A stretch of DNA of 64,000 nucleotides from Enterococcus phage VRE9_4. This document shows, piece by piece, positions 37,989 to 46,590 of the stretch. The DNA is taken from sequence record PP680570.1. One strand, 5' to 3'. Positions within the stretch are counted from its first letter, which is position 1, and the number at the start of each line of letters is the position of its first letter. The position numbers and the translations under genes are program-made. The notes below the pieces were generated by a model. The model was not told the DNA's origin. It made no database searches and worked only from the letters and a program-made list of their open reading frames with translations.

Positions 37989-38050
37989 AACGTGTTAGAA
38001 CGTTGGGCGTGAAGGGATTTATCCTATGAAGGGATTTATCCTAACACGTT
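37989..38050 (+). repeat. 10-bp inverted repeat (AACGTGTTAG/CTAACACGTT) enclosing a tandem duplication GAAGGGATTTATCCTA x2
   Basis: Direct reading. Lies between tRNA-Pro and tRNA-Asn. Confidence 0.6.
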
Positions 38051-38057
38051 TAAACAT

Positions 38058-38128
38058 TCACCTATGATGAAATGGTATCATGACTGGCTGTTAACCAGTT
38101 CTTGTAGGTTCGAATCCTGCTGGGTGAG
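38058..38128 (+). tRNA. tRNA-Asn (anticodon GTT)
   Basis: Acceptor TCACCTA/TGGGTGA (one G-U), D-arm ATGA-AATGGTA-TCAT, anticodon stem ACTGG/CCAGT with loop CTGTTAA, T-arm GTAGG-TTCGAAT-CCTGC. Confidence 0.6.
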
Positions 38129-38134
38129 TATTTT

Positions 38135-38217
38135 GCGAGAGTGGCGGAATTGGCAGACGCACTAGATTTAGGATCTAGCGTTTTCATAACGTGTGGGTTC
38201 AAGTCCCACCTCTTGTA
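38135..38217 (+). tRNA. tRNA-Leu (anticodon TAG)
   Basis: Class II tRNA: acceptor GCGAGAG/CTCTTGT (two G-U), D-arm TGGCGGAATTGGCAGACGC, anticodon stem CTAGA/TCTAG with loop TTTAGGA, long variable arm, T-arm GTGGG-TTCAAGT-CCCAC. Confidence 0.7.
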
Positions 38218-38226
38218 TAATAAAAT

Positions 38227-38310
38227 GGAGAGTCCCTGTTGGCTAAAGGAAGAATGTTTTGAAAGCATTTGGCGGTAACACGTCCAAGGGTTCGATTCCC
38301 TTACTCTCCT
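38227..38310 (+). tRNA. tRNA-Ser (anticodon TGA)
   Basis: Acceptor GGAGAGT/ACTCTCC, anticodon stem AATGT/GCATT with loop TTTGAAA, long variable arm, T-arm AAGGG-TTCGATT-CCCTT. Confidence 0.7.
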
Positions 38311-38420
38311 TAAAGAATCTTACAGCAAATATCATATGTTTAATAGGCTAATTCAAATATATTATATAAGATTCTTGAAGTTATTTTTAGCCGATTAAGA
38401 GATAAAGGAGATAAATAACT

Positions 38421-39932
38421 ATGACATTTTTAGATAATTTGAAAGAGGAAGCAACAGTTGGACGCACTTTTAATGGTGCAACCACTTATACTACTTCATT
38501 AAATGCTAATGTTGACTTTTTTGCATTAGGTGGGTCTATGCGATACCAAAATATTGGAGATAAGATTTCATTATTTGAAAAAGCATATAATGAAGACAGA
38601 GCTATTGCATTGAGAAACCTAGTTTATATGCGAGATATTCGTAATGGTGGACTAGGTGAAAGAGATATGTTCCACGCAGGAATTTGGTTCTTAGCTAAAA
38701 AGAAAGATGAAAAAGCACTTCATGTTATCATGGATAATGTAGCTGATTTTAGTCGCTGGGACGATCTATTTTTCATTATGAAACAAGACGAAAAATTGTT
38801 TGATTATGGACTAATTATCATTAAAACTCAGCTTTTGAAAGATATGGATAATATGCGAAAAGGCAAAGAAATTTCTTTATTAGGAAAATGGTTGCCTAAT
38901 ATCAATGCTAAAAACGAAGAACGAAGAGCTTTTGGTCTTAGAGTTGCTAATGCTTTAGGATACACTAAGCCTAGTGATTATAAGGTTTACCGAAAAATGT
39001 TGGTTAACCTAAGAGAAAAATTAGATTTAGTAGAAGTAAAATTAGCTGCTAAAGATTATGACTCAATTGATTTTTCTAAACTACCTTCTCGAGCAGGATT
39101 CAAGTATCGCTCAGCATTTTGGCGCCATATTTCAGATCGCTATTCTGAATTTTTGGAAGCTGTGAATAATGGCGAAGCTACAATGAACGGAAGTTTGGTA
39201 ATGCCAGATGAAATTATTAAAGCTTATGGATATCGAGGGTATTTTTCTTATGGATATTCTTCTTATGAAGAAAAACCTGAATTAGAAGCTGCATGGAAAT
39301 CTCTAAAAGATACTGTTAAGGGTTCTGATGAGAATGTAATTGTAGTCGCAGATACTTCTGCTTCTATGTGGGGTAAACCATGGGAAGTGGCTGAAGGTTT
39401 AGCAATTTATACTGCTGAACGCTTGGAAGGACCGTTCAAGAATAATTTTATCACTTTCTCTAGACGCCCACAATTGGTAACTCTACCAAGTAATTGTTCC
39501 TTACGAGATAAAATGAACGAATATTCTCGTCATTCTATTATCGAAAACACAGATATTGAAGCAGTATTTAATCTTATTTTAGATACTGCTATCAAGAATA
39601 ACACTCCAAAAGAGGAAGTTCCATCTAAAATTATCATTGTTTCAGATATGGAATTTGATCTTCAACGAGGAAATGACGTTACACATTTCAAACTTGCAAA
39701 ATCTCGTTTTGAGAACGCTGGTTATGAAATGCCAGATGTAGTCTTTTGGAATGTAAATGCTAGATTAGGAAACTTACCTGTTCGTTATAATGAACAAGGA
39801 GTAGCATTAGTATCTGGATTCAGCACAAATATTCTAACTTCCATCTTAAATGGGAAACTAGAAACTCCAGAAGCTATGATGTTAGAAACGTTATCTAATC
39901 CAGCATTTGACTTCATTGATGAAGCCATCTAA
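38421..39932 (+). CDS. Ro60/Rsr-like protein (TROVE-like N-terminal region + vWA domain with MIDAS)
   Basis: 503 aa. N-terminal FNGATTYTTSLNANVDFFALGGSMRY...RNGGLGERDMFHAG resembles TROVE-domain motifs. vWA MIDAS VVADTSASMWG and IIIVSDMEFD in the C-terminal half. Confidence 0.5.
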   Translation: MTFLDNLKEEATVGRTFNGATTYTTSLNANVDFFALGGSMRYQNIGDKISLFEKAYNEDRAIALRNLVYMRDIRNGGLGERDMFHAGIWFLAKKKDEKALHVIMDNVADFSRWDDLFFIMKQDEKLFDYGLIIIKTQLLKDMDNMRKGKEISLLGKWLPNINAKNEERRAFGLRVANALGYTKPSDYKVYRKMLVNLREKLDLVEVKLAAKDYDSIDFSKLPSRAGFKYRSAFWRHISDRYSEFLEAVNNGEATMNGSLVMPDEIIKAYGYRGYFSYGYSSYEEKPELEAAWKSLKDTVKGSDENVIVVADTSASMWGKPWEVAEGLAIYTAERLEGPFKNNFITFSRRPQLVTLPSNCSLRDKMNEYSRHSIIENTDIEAVFNLILDTAIKNNTPKEEVPSKIIIVSDMEFDLQRGNDVTHFKLAKSRFENAGYEMPDVVFWNVNARLGNLPVRYNEQGVALVSGFSTNILTSILNGKLETPEAMMLETLSNPAFDFIDEAI

Positions 39933-39970
39933 AATGCCCCCCTTTTCTACCTCTTAATTGAGGTAGTTAC

Positions 39971-40044
39971 GCTTCTTTAGCTCAGTAGGTAGTAGCGCCA
40001 GTCTGAAGAACTGGAGGTCCCTGGTTCGATTCCAGGAGGAAGCA
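39971..40044 (+). tRNA. tRNA-Phe (anticodon GAA)
   Basis: Acceptor GCTTCTT/AGGAAGC, D-arm AGCTCAGTAGGTAGT, anticodon stem CCAGT/ACTGG with loop CTGAAGA, T-arm CCTGG-TTCGATT-CCAGG. Confidence 0.85.
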
Positions 40045-40101
40045 TTAATTCAGCCCAGGAAAGTGCCAATACTATATTCGCTCTCTTGGGCTTTTTCATA
40101 T

Positions 40102-40130
40102 TTGAAAAAATATATTAATCATGTTATAAT
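40102..40130 (+). promoter_or_regulatory. sigma-A-type promoter (TTGAAA-17-TATAAT) for tRNA-Cys
   Basis: Consensus spacing. CGCTCTCTTGGG motif at 40079-40090 just upstream. Confidence 0.55.
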
Positions 40131-40162
40131 TAATCATAAAGTTAATTAAGAACTTTAAAAAT

Positions 40163-40236
40163 GTCCCTGTCGCCAAGAGGCTTAAGGCTATGGATTGCAA
40201 ACCCATAATACGTGAGTTCGAATCTCACCAGGGACT
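40163..40236 (+). tRNA. tRNA-Cys (anticodon GCA)
   Basis: Acceptor GTCCCTG/CAGGGAC, anticodon stem ATGGA/CCCAT (4 bp plus mismatch) with loop TTGCAAA, T-arm GTGAG-TTCGAAT-CTCAC. Confidence 0.7.
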
Positions 40237-40263
40237 TTTAAATAAAAAGGAGTCGATAATGGA

Positions 40264-40560
40264 ATGGATAAGGAAAAAATTAAAGAATCTTGGAGCTATT
40301 GTTTAACCCGAAGCACTAACATCAGAAAATTAGCTTCTAAAAATGAAGCTATTAGGAAAGATAGTTTAGAAAAAAACATTGCTACTAAAACTGCTTTAGA
40401 AATTTTAAAAGAGCAATTAAATGTTTTAATTGAGATGCTGGAGAAAATTGATTTAGAAGAAGAACTTCTCTTAACTTATCAAGAGAAAGCTGCGGTAGAG
40501 TATCTTATTGAAGTATATGAAAATCTTATTATTGTGAAAGAGGGGGAGCAACTTGACTAA
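40264..40560 (+). CDS. hypothetical protein (98 aa)
   Basis: ORF with AAAGGAG RBS. Confidence 0.45.
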   Translation: MDKEKIKESWSYCLTRSTNIRKLASKNEAIRKDSLEKNIATKTALEILKEQLNVLIEMLEKIDLEEELLLTYQEKAAVEYLIEVYENLIIVKEGEQLD

Positions 40561-41194
40561 ATTTATTACAAGTGATTGGCATTTCTTTCATAATAATGCT
40601 TGTGGTCCAGAAGGATTCATTTCTACTAGAAAAAAGTTTTCCTCTGTAGAAGAGATGAACGATAGTATTATTAAAACTATTAATCAAAAGGTTGGTAGAG
40701 ATGATACCATTATTCATTTAGGAGATATTGGCTTTGGTAAACCTAAAAAATTGTTTGAAACATTAGAAAAAATCAATGGACAAATTATTTTAATTAAAGG
40801 AAATCATGATAGTTCAAAATTATTTAAGTATATTGTAAATAATAATTATCATTATCCATATAGTAACCCTAAAAAACGTAAACAATCTCCTGACCGAGTT
40901 AAATTTTTAGTTGAAGAAGTTGGTTTAAGGGAAAAAATGAATGGTAAGGTTTACTATTTAACTCACTACCCATTTCAGTTAGGAGAACAACGTAAAAATA
41001 TGCGTTCAATTTGTGGACATATTCATGAGCAAATTGCTCCTGAGGCTAATATGATTAACGTAGGTATTGATTCTCCTGAAATTACTTCAAAGATTTCTAA
41101 TTTTGGAGAACCTCTTCTTCTGGAAGATGCAATAGAATTAGTTGATAAAAAATGGGAAAAATGGTATAATACTATAAGATTTTTGGGAAGTTAA
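40553..41194 (+). CDS. metallophosphoesterase (calcineurin-like)
   Basis: N-terminal SDWHFFH motif, GDIGFG, GNHD motifs. 213 aa. Confidence 0.65.
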   Translation: MTKFITSDWHFFHNNACGPEGFISTRKKFSSVEEMNDSIIKTINQKVGRDDTIIHLGDIGFGKPKKLFETLEKINGQIILIKGNHDSSKLFKYIVNNNYHYPYSNPKKRKQSPDRVKFLVEEVGLREKMNGKVYYLTHYPFQLGEQRKNMRSICGHIHEQIAPEANMINVGIDSPEITSKISNFGEPLLLEDAIELVDKKWEKWYNTIRFLGS

Positions 41195-41207
41195 TCTTCC
41201 CTTTTAT

Positions 41208-41297
41208 GGAGCTATGACTGAGAGGTTGAAGGTGACGCACTGCTAATGCGTTAGTCGACATAAAGTTGGCTCATGGGTTCGAATCCCATTAGCTCCT
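41208..41297 (+). tRNA. tRNA-Ser (anticodon GCT)
   Basis: Acceptor GGAGCTA/TAGCTCC, anticodon stem ACGCA/TGCGT with loop CTGCTAA, long variable arm, T-arm ATGGG-TTCGAAT-CCCAT. Preceded by terminator hairpin GGGAAG-TTAATC-TTCCC followed by TTTT. Confidence 0.75.
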
Positions 41298-41323
41298 TTT
41301 ATTAAAAATAGGGGGGTTTTTAT

Positions 41324-41539
41324 ATGTTCCGTACTAGTTTAGCATTTTTCTTATCTGCTCTAGCAATGATCGTAATTATGATTCTATTTGCTCCATTTCT
41401 GTTATATTTAATTTGGAATTTTGTAGTAGTAATAGCGTTTCCAGGATTGTTTACTCTAACCTTTTTCCAATGTTTTAGTATAACATTATTGCTTGCTTTT
41501 TTGAGAGCAGTTTTCACTAATAAAAAATCTAACGACTAA
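41324..41539 (+). CDS. small membrane protein (71 aa)
   Basis: RBS GGGGGG. Two hydrophobic helices. Confidence 0.5.
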   Translation: MFRTSLAFFLSALAMIVIMILFAPFLLYLIWNFVVVIAFPGLFTLTFFQCFSITLLLAFLRAVFTNKKSND

Positions 41540-41565
41540 AAAATTAAAGGAGAATGATATAAATA

Positions 41566-41706
41566 TGGCGAAAAAACAAAACACTACTAAAGAACCAGTT
41601 GAATTGACACAAAAGATTGATTTTACTGAATGGTTGAAAAAACAGGAAGCAGCCTTTAGAAGTAAAGTTTATAAAGAACATAAGAAATCTAAGCCCGTTA
41701 AATAGG
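41566..41706 (+). CDS. small basic protein (46 aa)
   Basis: RBS AAAGGAGAATG followed by ATG. Terminator hairpin AGCCC-GTTAAATA-GGGCT plus T7 (41692-41716) immediately after. Confidence 0.4.
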
Positions 41707-41778
41707 GCTTTTTTTCTTGACTTTATTTGAAGCATATGTTATAATATAAGTATAATAGAAATAAGGAGGAATATAACA

Positions 41779-42090
41779 TTGCCAGATAAAACTAATACAG
41801 TAGATGTTGAATATTTAACGTATTGGAAACTAACTCCAACAGAAAAAGATAGGCTAAAAACAGATTATGGTATTTCTAGAAATAAAGCTAAATATGATAT
41901 TGATAAACATATTGTTGTACCGCAACCAGTAAATGCAGAAGATTTAAATTTCTTTCCTGGTGAATTTGTAGCTTCTTTTGTTATCTACGAAGGACAAAAT
42001 TATCCAGTATTTTTAAAAATTAATGATCCTAATGAATACGTTGATTTACCAATTGAATCAACACCAAAAGGAGATGAGTTAATTGATTAA
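41779..42090 (+). CDS. hypothetical protein (103 aa)
   Basis: TTG start after AAGGAGG. Upstream TGTTATAAT extended -10. Confidence 0.5.
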   Translation: MPDKTNTVDVEYLTYWKLTPTEKDRLKTDYGISRNKAKYDIDKHIVVPQPVNAEDLNFFPGEFVASFVIYEGQNYPVFLKINDPNEYVDLPIESTPKGDELID

Positions 42091-42310
42091 TGACAAATAC
42101 GCCTTTCAACAAGAAATGAACGCCCGCACAAAATTAGTATTTAAAAATCCTATGGATGGAATTAATTTCTATGATATAGCTTTTGTTGAAGCTAAAAAAC
42201 TTGATAAAAAGCTTAAATCTGAAGGAAATCCATTAAAATCTTGGGATGATGAACGATTACTGTTGTTTTTTGAAGAAATCGCTAATAGATATAATGTAAA
42301 CATGGGGTAG
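42083..42310 (+). CDS. hypothetical protein (75 aa)
   Basis: Translationally coupled ORF. Confidence 0.45.
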   Translation: MINDKYAFQQEMNARTKLVFKNPMDGINFYDIAFVEAKKLDKKLKSEGNPLKSWDDERLLLFFEEIANRYNVNMG

Positions 42311-42429
42311 CGTATGCTGCCCTTTTTTGATTTTTTGTATATAAAGTGATATAATTAATTATAAAGTTAAATAAGAAATCTTTCCTTTTTCATAGAGAGT
42401 ATAAAGATATGTAGAAAAGGAGGGGTTGT

Positions 42430-42684
42430 ATGGCTATTAGAAAAGATTATAATTGGCTTTCTAGTGAATCTAATAAGAAAGCACTAGAAGAAAAACTTTC
42501 TTTCTTCAAAGAAAAAACTGGTCTTGATATAAAACATTATTACGACAAAGGAAATTTTTGTTCTGGTTTTGCTCATGACCATGTAGTGATAGAAGCAAAT
42601 AAGCAGATTTTTGCTATTTCAGACGATAAAACTATTTACATTAATAGGAATAATCATTGGGAGGTCTTTAAATATGAAAGTTAG
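42430..42684 (+). CDS. hypothetical protein (84 aa)
   Basis: RBS AAAAGGAGGGG. Confidence 0.5.
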   Translation: MAIRKDYNWLSSESNKKALEEKLSFFKEKTGLDIKHYYDKGNFCSGFAHDHVVIEANKQIFAISDDKTIYINRNNHWEVFKYES

Positions 42685-43021
42685 TTTAGAATTAAATAAC
42701 GTGGAACCAGGATTACTTGATTCAATTGTAAGATTAGTAGGAGATAATCAAGTAAAATTTGATATGACAGAAGAAGTAGAAGCCTCCTTAGAAGAAATTA
42801 TTTTAGATCCATCTTATTTATATCAAATTAATGGAGAATACCATTCTATTGTAGATATTGAACAAGATGCTCAGATTGTTATTTTTTCTGATGTATATGC
42901 AAACATTCGTACATTTTTCTTGGATACTTTGCAATTTTATAATATTAAAAGAATGGCAGACCCAAGTTTATTAGATAAGTTTTTAGAAAAACAAATTGAG
43001 CTTGATGGGGGACTAGAATGA
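42672..43021 (+). CDS. hypothetical acidic protein (116 aa)
   Basis: ATG 42672 (MKVSLELNN) overlapping the upstream stop. The track ORF starts earlier in-frame. Confidence 0.5.
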
Positions 43022-43281
43022 AAGTAATTACAGACCCAGTAAGTTCAACGCCGTATATAGTTTTGAAAGAAAATCCCAATATTCTTGCTCTCTTGGTTTT
43101 TAACAAAAATGTTTTTAGTGATTTGGATATTGTATATTTAGAGCCTGAAAAAGTTAAACATTTTCATGAAGTAGAATTAAATGATTTTTTTATAGAAATT
43201 ATGAAATTTACTCGAGAACGAGAAGGTAAAATAGTAAAAAGTATTGAATCATATAGAATTTTGCCAAAGGAGGATAATTAA
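43018..43281 (+). CDS. hypothetical protein (87 aa)
   Basis: ATGA-coupled ORF. Confidence 0.5.
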   Translation: MKVITDPVSSTPYIVLKENPNILALLVFNKNVFSDLDIVYLEPEKVKHFHEVELNDFFIEIMKFTREREGKIVKSIESYRILPKEDN

Positions 43282-43282
43282 T

Positions 43283-43534
43283 TTGAGAGAATATCTTGAT
43301 TTTATTATGTATAAGATTAATCATCTAATTGGACCAATTTTAATTGGAGGAATAGCTTTTGTTGCATTAATTGCTCTTGCTTGTCCGCAAATAGCTTCTG
43401 TTACTATATTTGGATATGCCTTAGTATTTTTAGTAGGATTGATAATTTCAGTTTTAGGAGTAGCTTTAACCAATACAATATATTTTCTTGTCGTAAAACA
43501 AGAACGAAAGAAAGAAAAGAGGCGAGAAAAATAA
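43283..43534 (+). CDS. membrane protein (83 aa)
   Basis: TTG start 9 nt after AAGGAGG. Two transmembrane helices. Confidence 0.45.
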   Translation: MREYLDFIMYKINHLIGPILIGGIAFVALIALACPQIASVTIFGYALVFLVGLIISVLGVALTNTIYFLVVKQERKKEKRREK

Positions 43535-43743
43535 TGAGAGATTTAGATTTGGAAAGCCTAGAAGAACATAAACCCCCACGGACAATTACAATTCCTGATG
43601 GGATTAATATTAAACTTGATTACTTTAAAAGGCAGAATGAGGATAAAAAACCAGTCACACTATCAAAAAATCCAGGATTGAGCGAATTAGAAAAAATGTT
43701 TACAGATCCTAATACAAAAATTTATGGATGGAAAAAAGACTAG
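43534..43743 (+). CDS. hypothetical protein (69 aa)
   Basis: ATG after AAGAGG. Overlaps the upstream stop (TAATG). Confidence 0.4.
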   Translation: MRDLDLESLEEHKPPRTITIPDGINIKLDYFKRQNEDKKPVTLSKNPGLSELEKMFTDPNTKIYGWKKD

Positions 43744-43762
43744 AAAAATCTAGTCTTTTTTA
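43738..43762. terminator. bidirectional rho-independent terminator
   Basis: GACTAG-AAAAAT-CTAGTC plus T6. Lies between convergent genes. Confidence 0.65.
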
Positions 43763-44445
43763 TTTTGCCAATATTCTTTTATACCTACATTAATTTCTTC
43801 TTCATCAGGAATGTAGATATCCCCAAAAACTTCTTCAATAGTTGGAAAATTACTTCTAATAATTTCATCTTTGACTTCAATTACAGCATATACTTTATAT
43901 TCTCCAAATTTACCTTTTTTCTTTTGACACGCTAATTTAACTAAACCCAATTTATCTAGTAAATCTAAAATAGAGTCCATAGCGTCATAAGCTGAACCTG
44001 AAGATTTTTTGCCCAATATTTCAGTAATTAAATAACGTTTAGTAAAGAAGAAAATTTTATTCTTATCTTGATAGTACCATTGCATTGCTCGAAGAAAAGA
44101 ATATATTGTGATAACATTATCTGTTTGTATTTGATATAGATATTTAAGTGTTTCTGGATGAATAGTAGTAAATAAATGTTTTATAGGAAGCTTCATTTTA
44201 TCATTTTCTTCCAAAATAAAACCATATTCTTTTAACTTATTAATTTGACGATTTATGGTTCGACTTGATACACACAATTCGTTCGCAGCCTCTTGACTAG
44301 AAAAGTCTTTTTTATTAATATATCTTGGCTCTCCCTTTTTCCCATTCCATTTAGAAATTACTTGTAAATACCCATATAATCTATCAATATTTCTTAAACT
44401 TGTAAAATCTTGTGTCGTTGGAATTTGATTTTTATGATTGTTCAA
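43750..44445 (-). CDS. HTH-domain DNA-binding regulator (231 aa), opposite strand to its neighbours
   Basis: Helix-turn-helix ELCVSSRTINRQINKLKEYGFI. TTG start after AAAGGAGG. Confidence 0.55.
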   Translation of the reverse strand: MNNHKNQIPTTQDFTSLRNIDRLYGYLQVISKWNGKKGEPRYINKKDFSSQEAANELCVSSRTINRQINKLKEYGFILEENDKMKLPIKHLFTTIHPETLKYLYQIQTDNVITIYSFLRAMQWYYQDKNKIFFFTKRYLITEILGKKSSGSAYDAMDSILDLLDKLGLVKLACQKKKGKFGEYKVYAVIEVKDEIIRSNFPTIEEVFGDIYIPDEEEINVGIKEYWQNKKD

Positions 44446-44573
44446 ACTTTCTGACCTCCTTTCTACTGAAATACAAAAAAATTAGGACAGTTTGTCTTGA
44501 GATACCCATTTGATTTTTTATATATAGCATGATATAATTAATTATAAAGTTAAATAAGGAGGGCAAACAGTAA

Positions 44574-45128
44574 ATGATATTTTTTATTATAGTATTTGCT
44601 GCAATATTTGTCAATATGTATCGGCGTGGACGAAAAGTAATTGATGAAGAAGATCAGGGCGTAACCTTTCTATTTTCTGTCGCTATTGGGAGTATATTTC
44701 AAGCTACTGCTATTTCTTTAATAGCTATATTTTTAACATTAAGCTATTATAAAATAACTAATAGTTATGAATTATCTATGGTAGTTACCCCATTGGCATA
44801 TATTAATTCAGAGCAAGACTATATTGTTCATAAAGATGGTGAATCAGATGAAGTTGATTTTTATACTTTTGCTACATTAGATGTAGATGGGAATACAAAA
44901 TTATATAAAAACATACAAATGAATGAAAATACTGATGTTGTTATAGATAATAAAACAAAAAGACCTAGATTAGAAAGAGCAGTGGGTTTAATCCCAACAA
45001 CCCCATGGACATATATTATAAGTTTAAATCGCAAAGAAGCTACTACTATTGGTTATAAATTAATAGTACCAGAAGGAACTGTTATAGAAATACATGAACA
45101 GGAGGAATTAGATGCGGGTGGAAAATAA
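44574..45128 (+). CDS. membrane-anchored protein (184 aa)
   Basis: Two N-terminal transmembrane helices. Preceded by the conserved promoter-leader. Confidence 0.55.
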   Translation: MIFFIIVFAAIFVNMYRRGRKVIDEEDQGVTFLFSVAIGSIFQATAISLIAIFLTLSYYKITNSYELSMVVTPLAYINSEQDYIVHKDGESDEVDFYTFATLDVDGNTKLYKNIQMNENTDVVIDNKTKRPRLERAVGLIPTTPWTYIISLNRKEATTIGYKLIVPEGTVIEIHEQEELDAGGK

Positions 45129-45312
45129 GGCAATTAAAGAACTAATTAAAGAAATGGATCAATCATTTGAAGAGTTTGAAAAGAATATGAGTTATACTTT
45201 ATCTGCAACGCCTCTTATTCAAGAAATTAAAGAAGCAATGGATCAGCAAAAAGAAACCCAAAAGAGCAAGAAAAGGAGCTGGCGTGATTGGTTAAAGAAA
45301 TTGTGGCATTAA
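45112..45312 (+). CDS. hypothetical protein (66 aa)
   Basis: Overlapping coupled ORF. Confidence 0.4.
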   Translation: MRVENKAIKELIKEMDQSFEEFEKNMSYTLSATPLIQEIKEAMDQQKETQKSKKRSWRDWLKKLWH

Positions 45313-45503
45313 TTACTGTTTTGTTTTTAGGTATTATTGGTGGTTTTATTATTTTGTTTAGCATAGTTGGGACGCTTATATTAGTACCGACCAATGTTAT
45401 TGGAATGGTCATTGTTATTATTGTTGGACTAGCTATGAGTAAATTATATTCAATTGCAGTTCAAAAAATTATGCCTTATATAAGTGATAAATTAATCAAC
45501 TAA
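45288..45503 (+). CDS. small membrane protein (71 aa)
   Basis: TTG start. Two transmembrane helices. Confidence 0.4.
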   Translation: MVKEIVALITVLFLGIIGGFIILFSIVGTLILVPTNVIGMVIVIIVGLAMSKLYSIAVQKIMPYISDKLIN

Positions 45504-45578
45504 GAGTGATTCTTAGTTGATTTTTCTTTTTTAAAATGATATAATTAATATATAAGGAAATGAAATGGAGAAAAGAAA

Positions 45579-46085
45579 ATGAATTTTTTAGATTTTATTT
45601 TTAAAAAATTAAACCCTAAAGAAGCACAAACTAAAAATATTTCTTTAAATAAAAAAGGTAGAGATTTAATAGTTAAATTATATACCGAAACAGAGAATGA
45701 AAATGATATTACGTTTAGAAAAATATTTCATTATGAAATAAGTTTATTAGAACATGGTTTAGAAATTTCTAAAATAGAAGAAACTTTTACTTATTTTCGA
45801 TTAGAATCAGAAGAAGATGAAAATAAAGCTGTTCGAGCTATTGCTTCGGGTTATTTTTATCCAGGAGTTTTCATAGGAAATCAAGGAGACAATCCTTATA
45901 TTAAAAATAAATTAAAAGAATTAGCTTACGAAAATGAACGATTAAAAAGATTTCATTGGGCTTTATATAATACAGAAATTTCTGGAATTCTTGATATTGA
46001 ACTTGAAAAGAAATTTAAAGATATTGATGACCCAGATAATCAAAATATAGATTCTATTGGATTTTTGTTTTGGAATAATAAATAG
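45579..46085 (+). CDS. hypothetical protein (168 aa)
   Basis: Preceded by TGATATAAT plus leader. Confidence 0.5.
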   Translation: MNFLDFIFKKLNPKEAQTKNISLNKKGRDLIVKLYTETENENDITFRKIFHYEISLLEHGLEISKIEETFTYFRLESEEDENKAVRAIASGYFYPGVFIGNQGDNPYIKNKLKELAYENERLKRFHWALYNTEISGILDIELEKKFKDIDDPDNQNIDSIGFLFWNNK

Positions 46086-46101
46086 AAAAGGTGATAGTCT
46101 T

Positions 46102-46218
46102 ATGTTGTTAAATATATTTTGCACGATAGGATTGATATTTTGTGGGTATATTTATATTATGTTTACAATCGAAGAATTTCTTAAAAGAATACGAAAACGA
46201 CCATATCGTAGAAAGTGA
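46102..46218 (+). CDS. small membrane protein (38 aa)
   Basis: RBS AAAGGTGA followed by ATG. One transmembrane helix. Below the ORF-track cutoff. Confidence 0.3.
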   Translation: MLLNIFCTIGLIFCGYIYIMFTIEEFLKRIRKRPYRRK

Positions 46219-46231
46219 GCTGATTCTATAA

Positions 46232-46432
46232 GTGATAGAATTTCTATTATTAATCTTTATTGCTATTATCGCCCCGATATTTCTTTTAATATCTTTGCTT
46301 CCTCTTGGAATAGCATTTATTTTAATGAATTTAGTACATTTCTTTATTTTAAAAGTAATAATGTTAGGAGTAGGTTTTTATTTAACAATAAAGTTAGGAA
46401 ATTTAATGGGAATGATTTTATTTATAGGATAG
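46232..46432 (+). CDS. small membrane protein (66 aa)
   Basis: Hydrophobic throughout. GTG start. Confidence 0.35.
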   Translation: MIEFLLLIFIAIIAPIFLLISLLPLGIAFILMNLVHFFILKVIMLGVGFYLTIKLGNLMGMILFIG

Positions 46433-46446
46433 AAAGGAATTTAAAT

Positions 46447-46587
46447 AATGGTAGAAGAATTAAGAAAAGATTTAGATAGTCTAATAAAAGACTATGAAGA
46501 AGAAATTGGATCTTCTTATTTTATTGAAGTTAAAATTTCAATAATTGATAAAGATTTTTACATGAAATTAATAAAGGAGGAAAAATA
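46447..46587 (+). CDS. small hypothetical protein (46 aa)
   Basis: RBS AGAAAGGAA followed by ATG. Below the ORF-track cutoff. Confidence 0.35.
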
Positions 46588-46590
46588 AAA

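Noticed and set aside
38062-38268. 68-aa minus-strand ORF
   Set aside because: It overlaps tRNA-Asn and tRNA-Leu on the opposite strand. This is a spurious frame through structured RNA genes.
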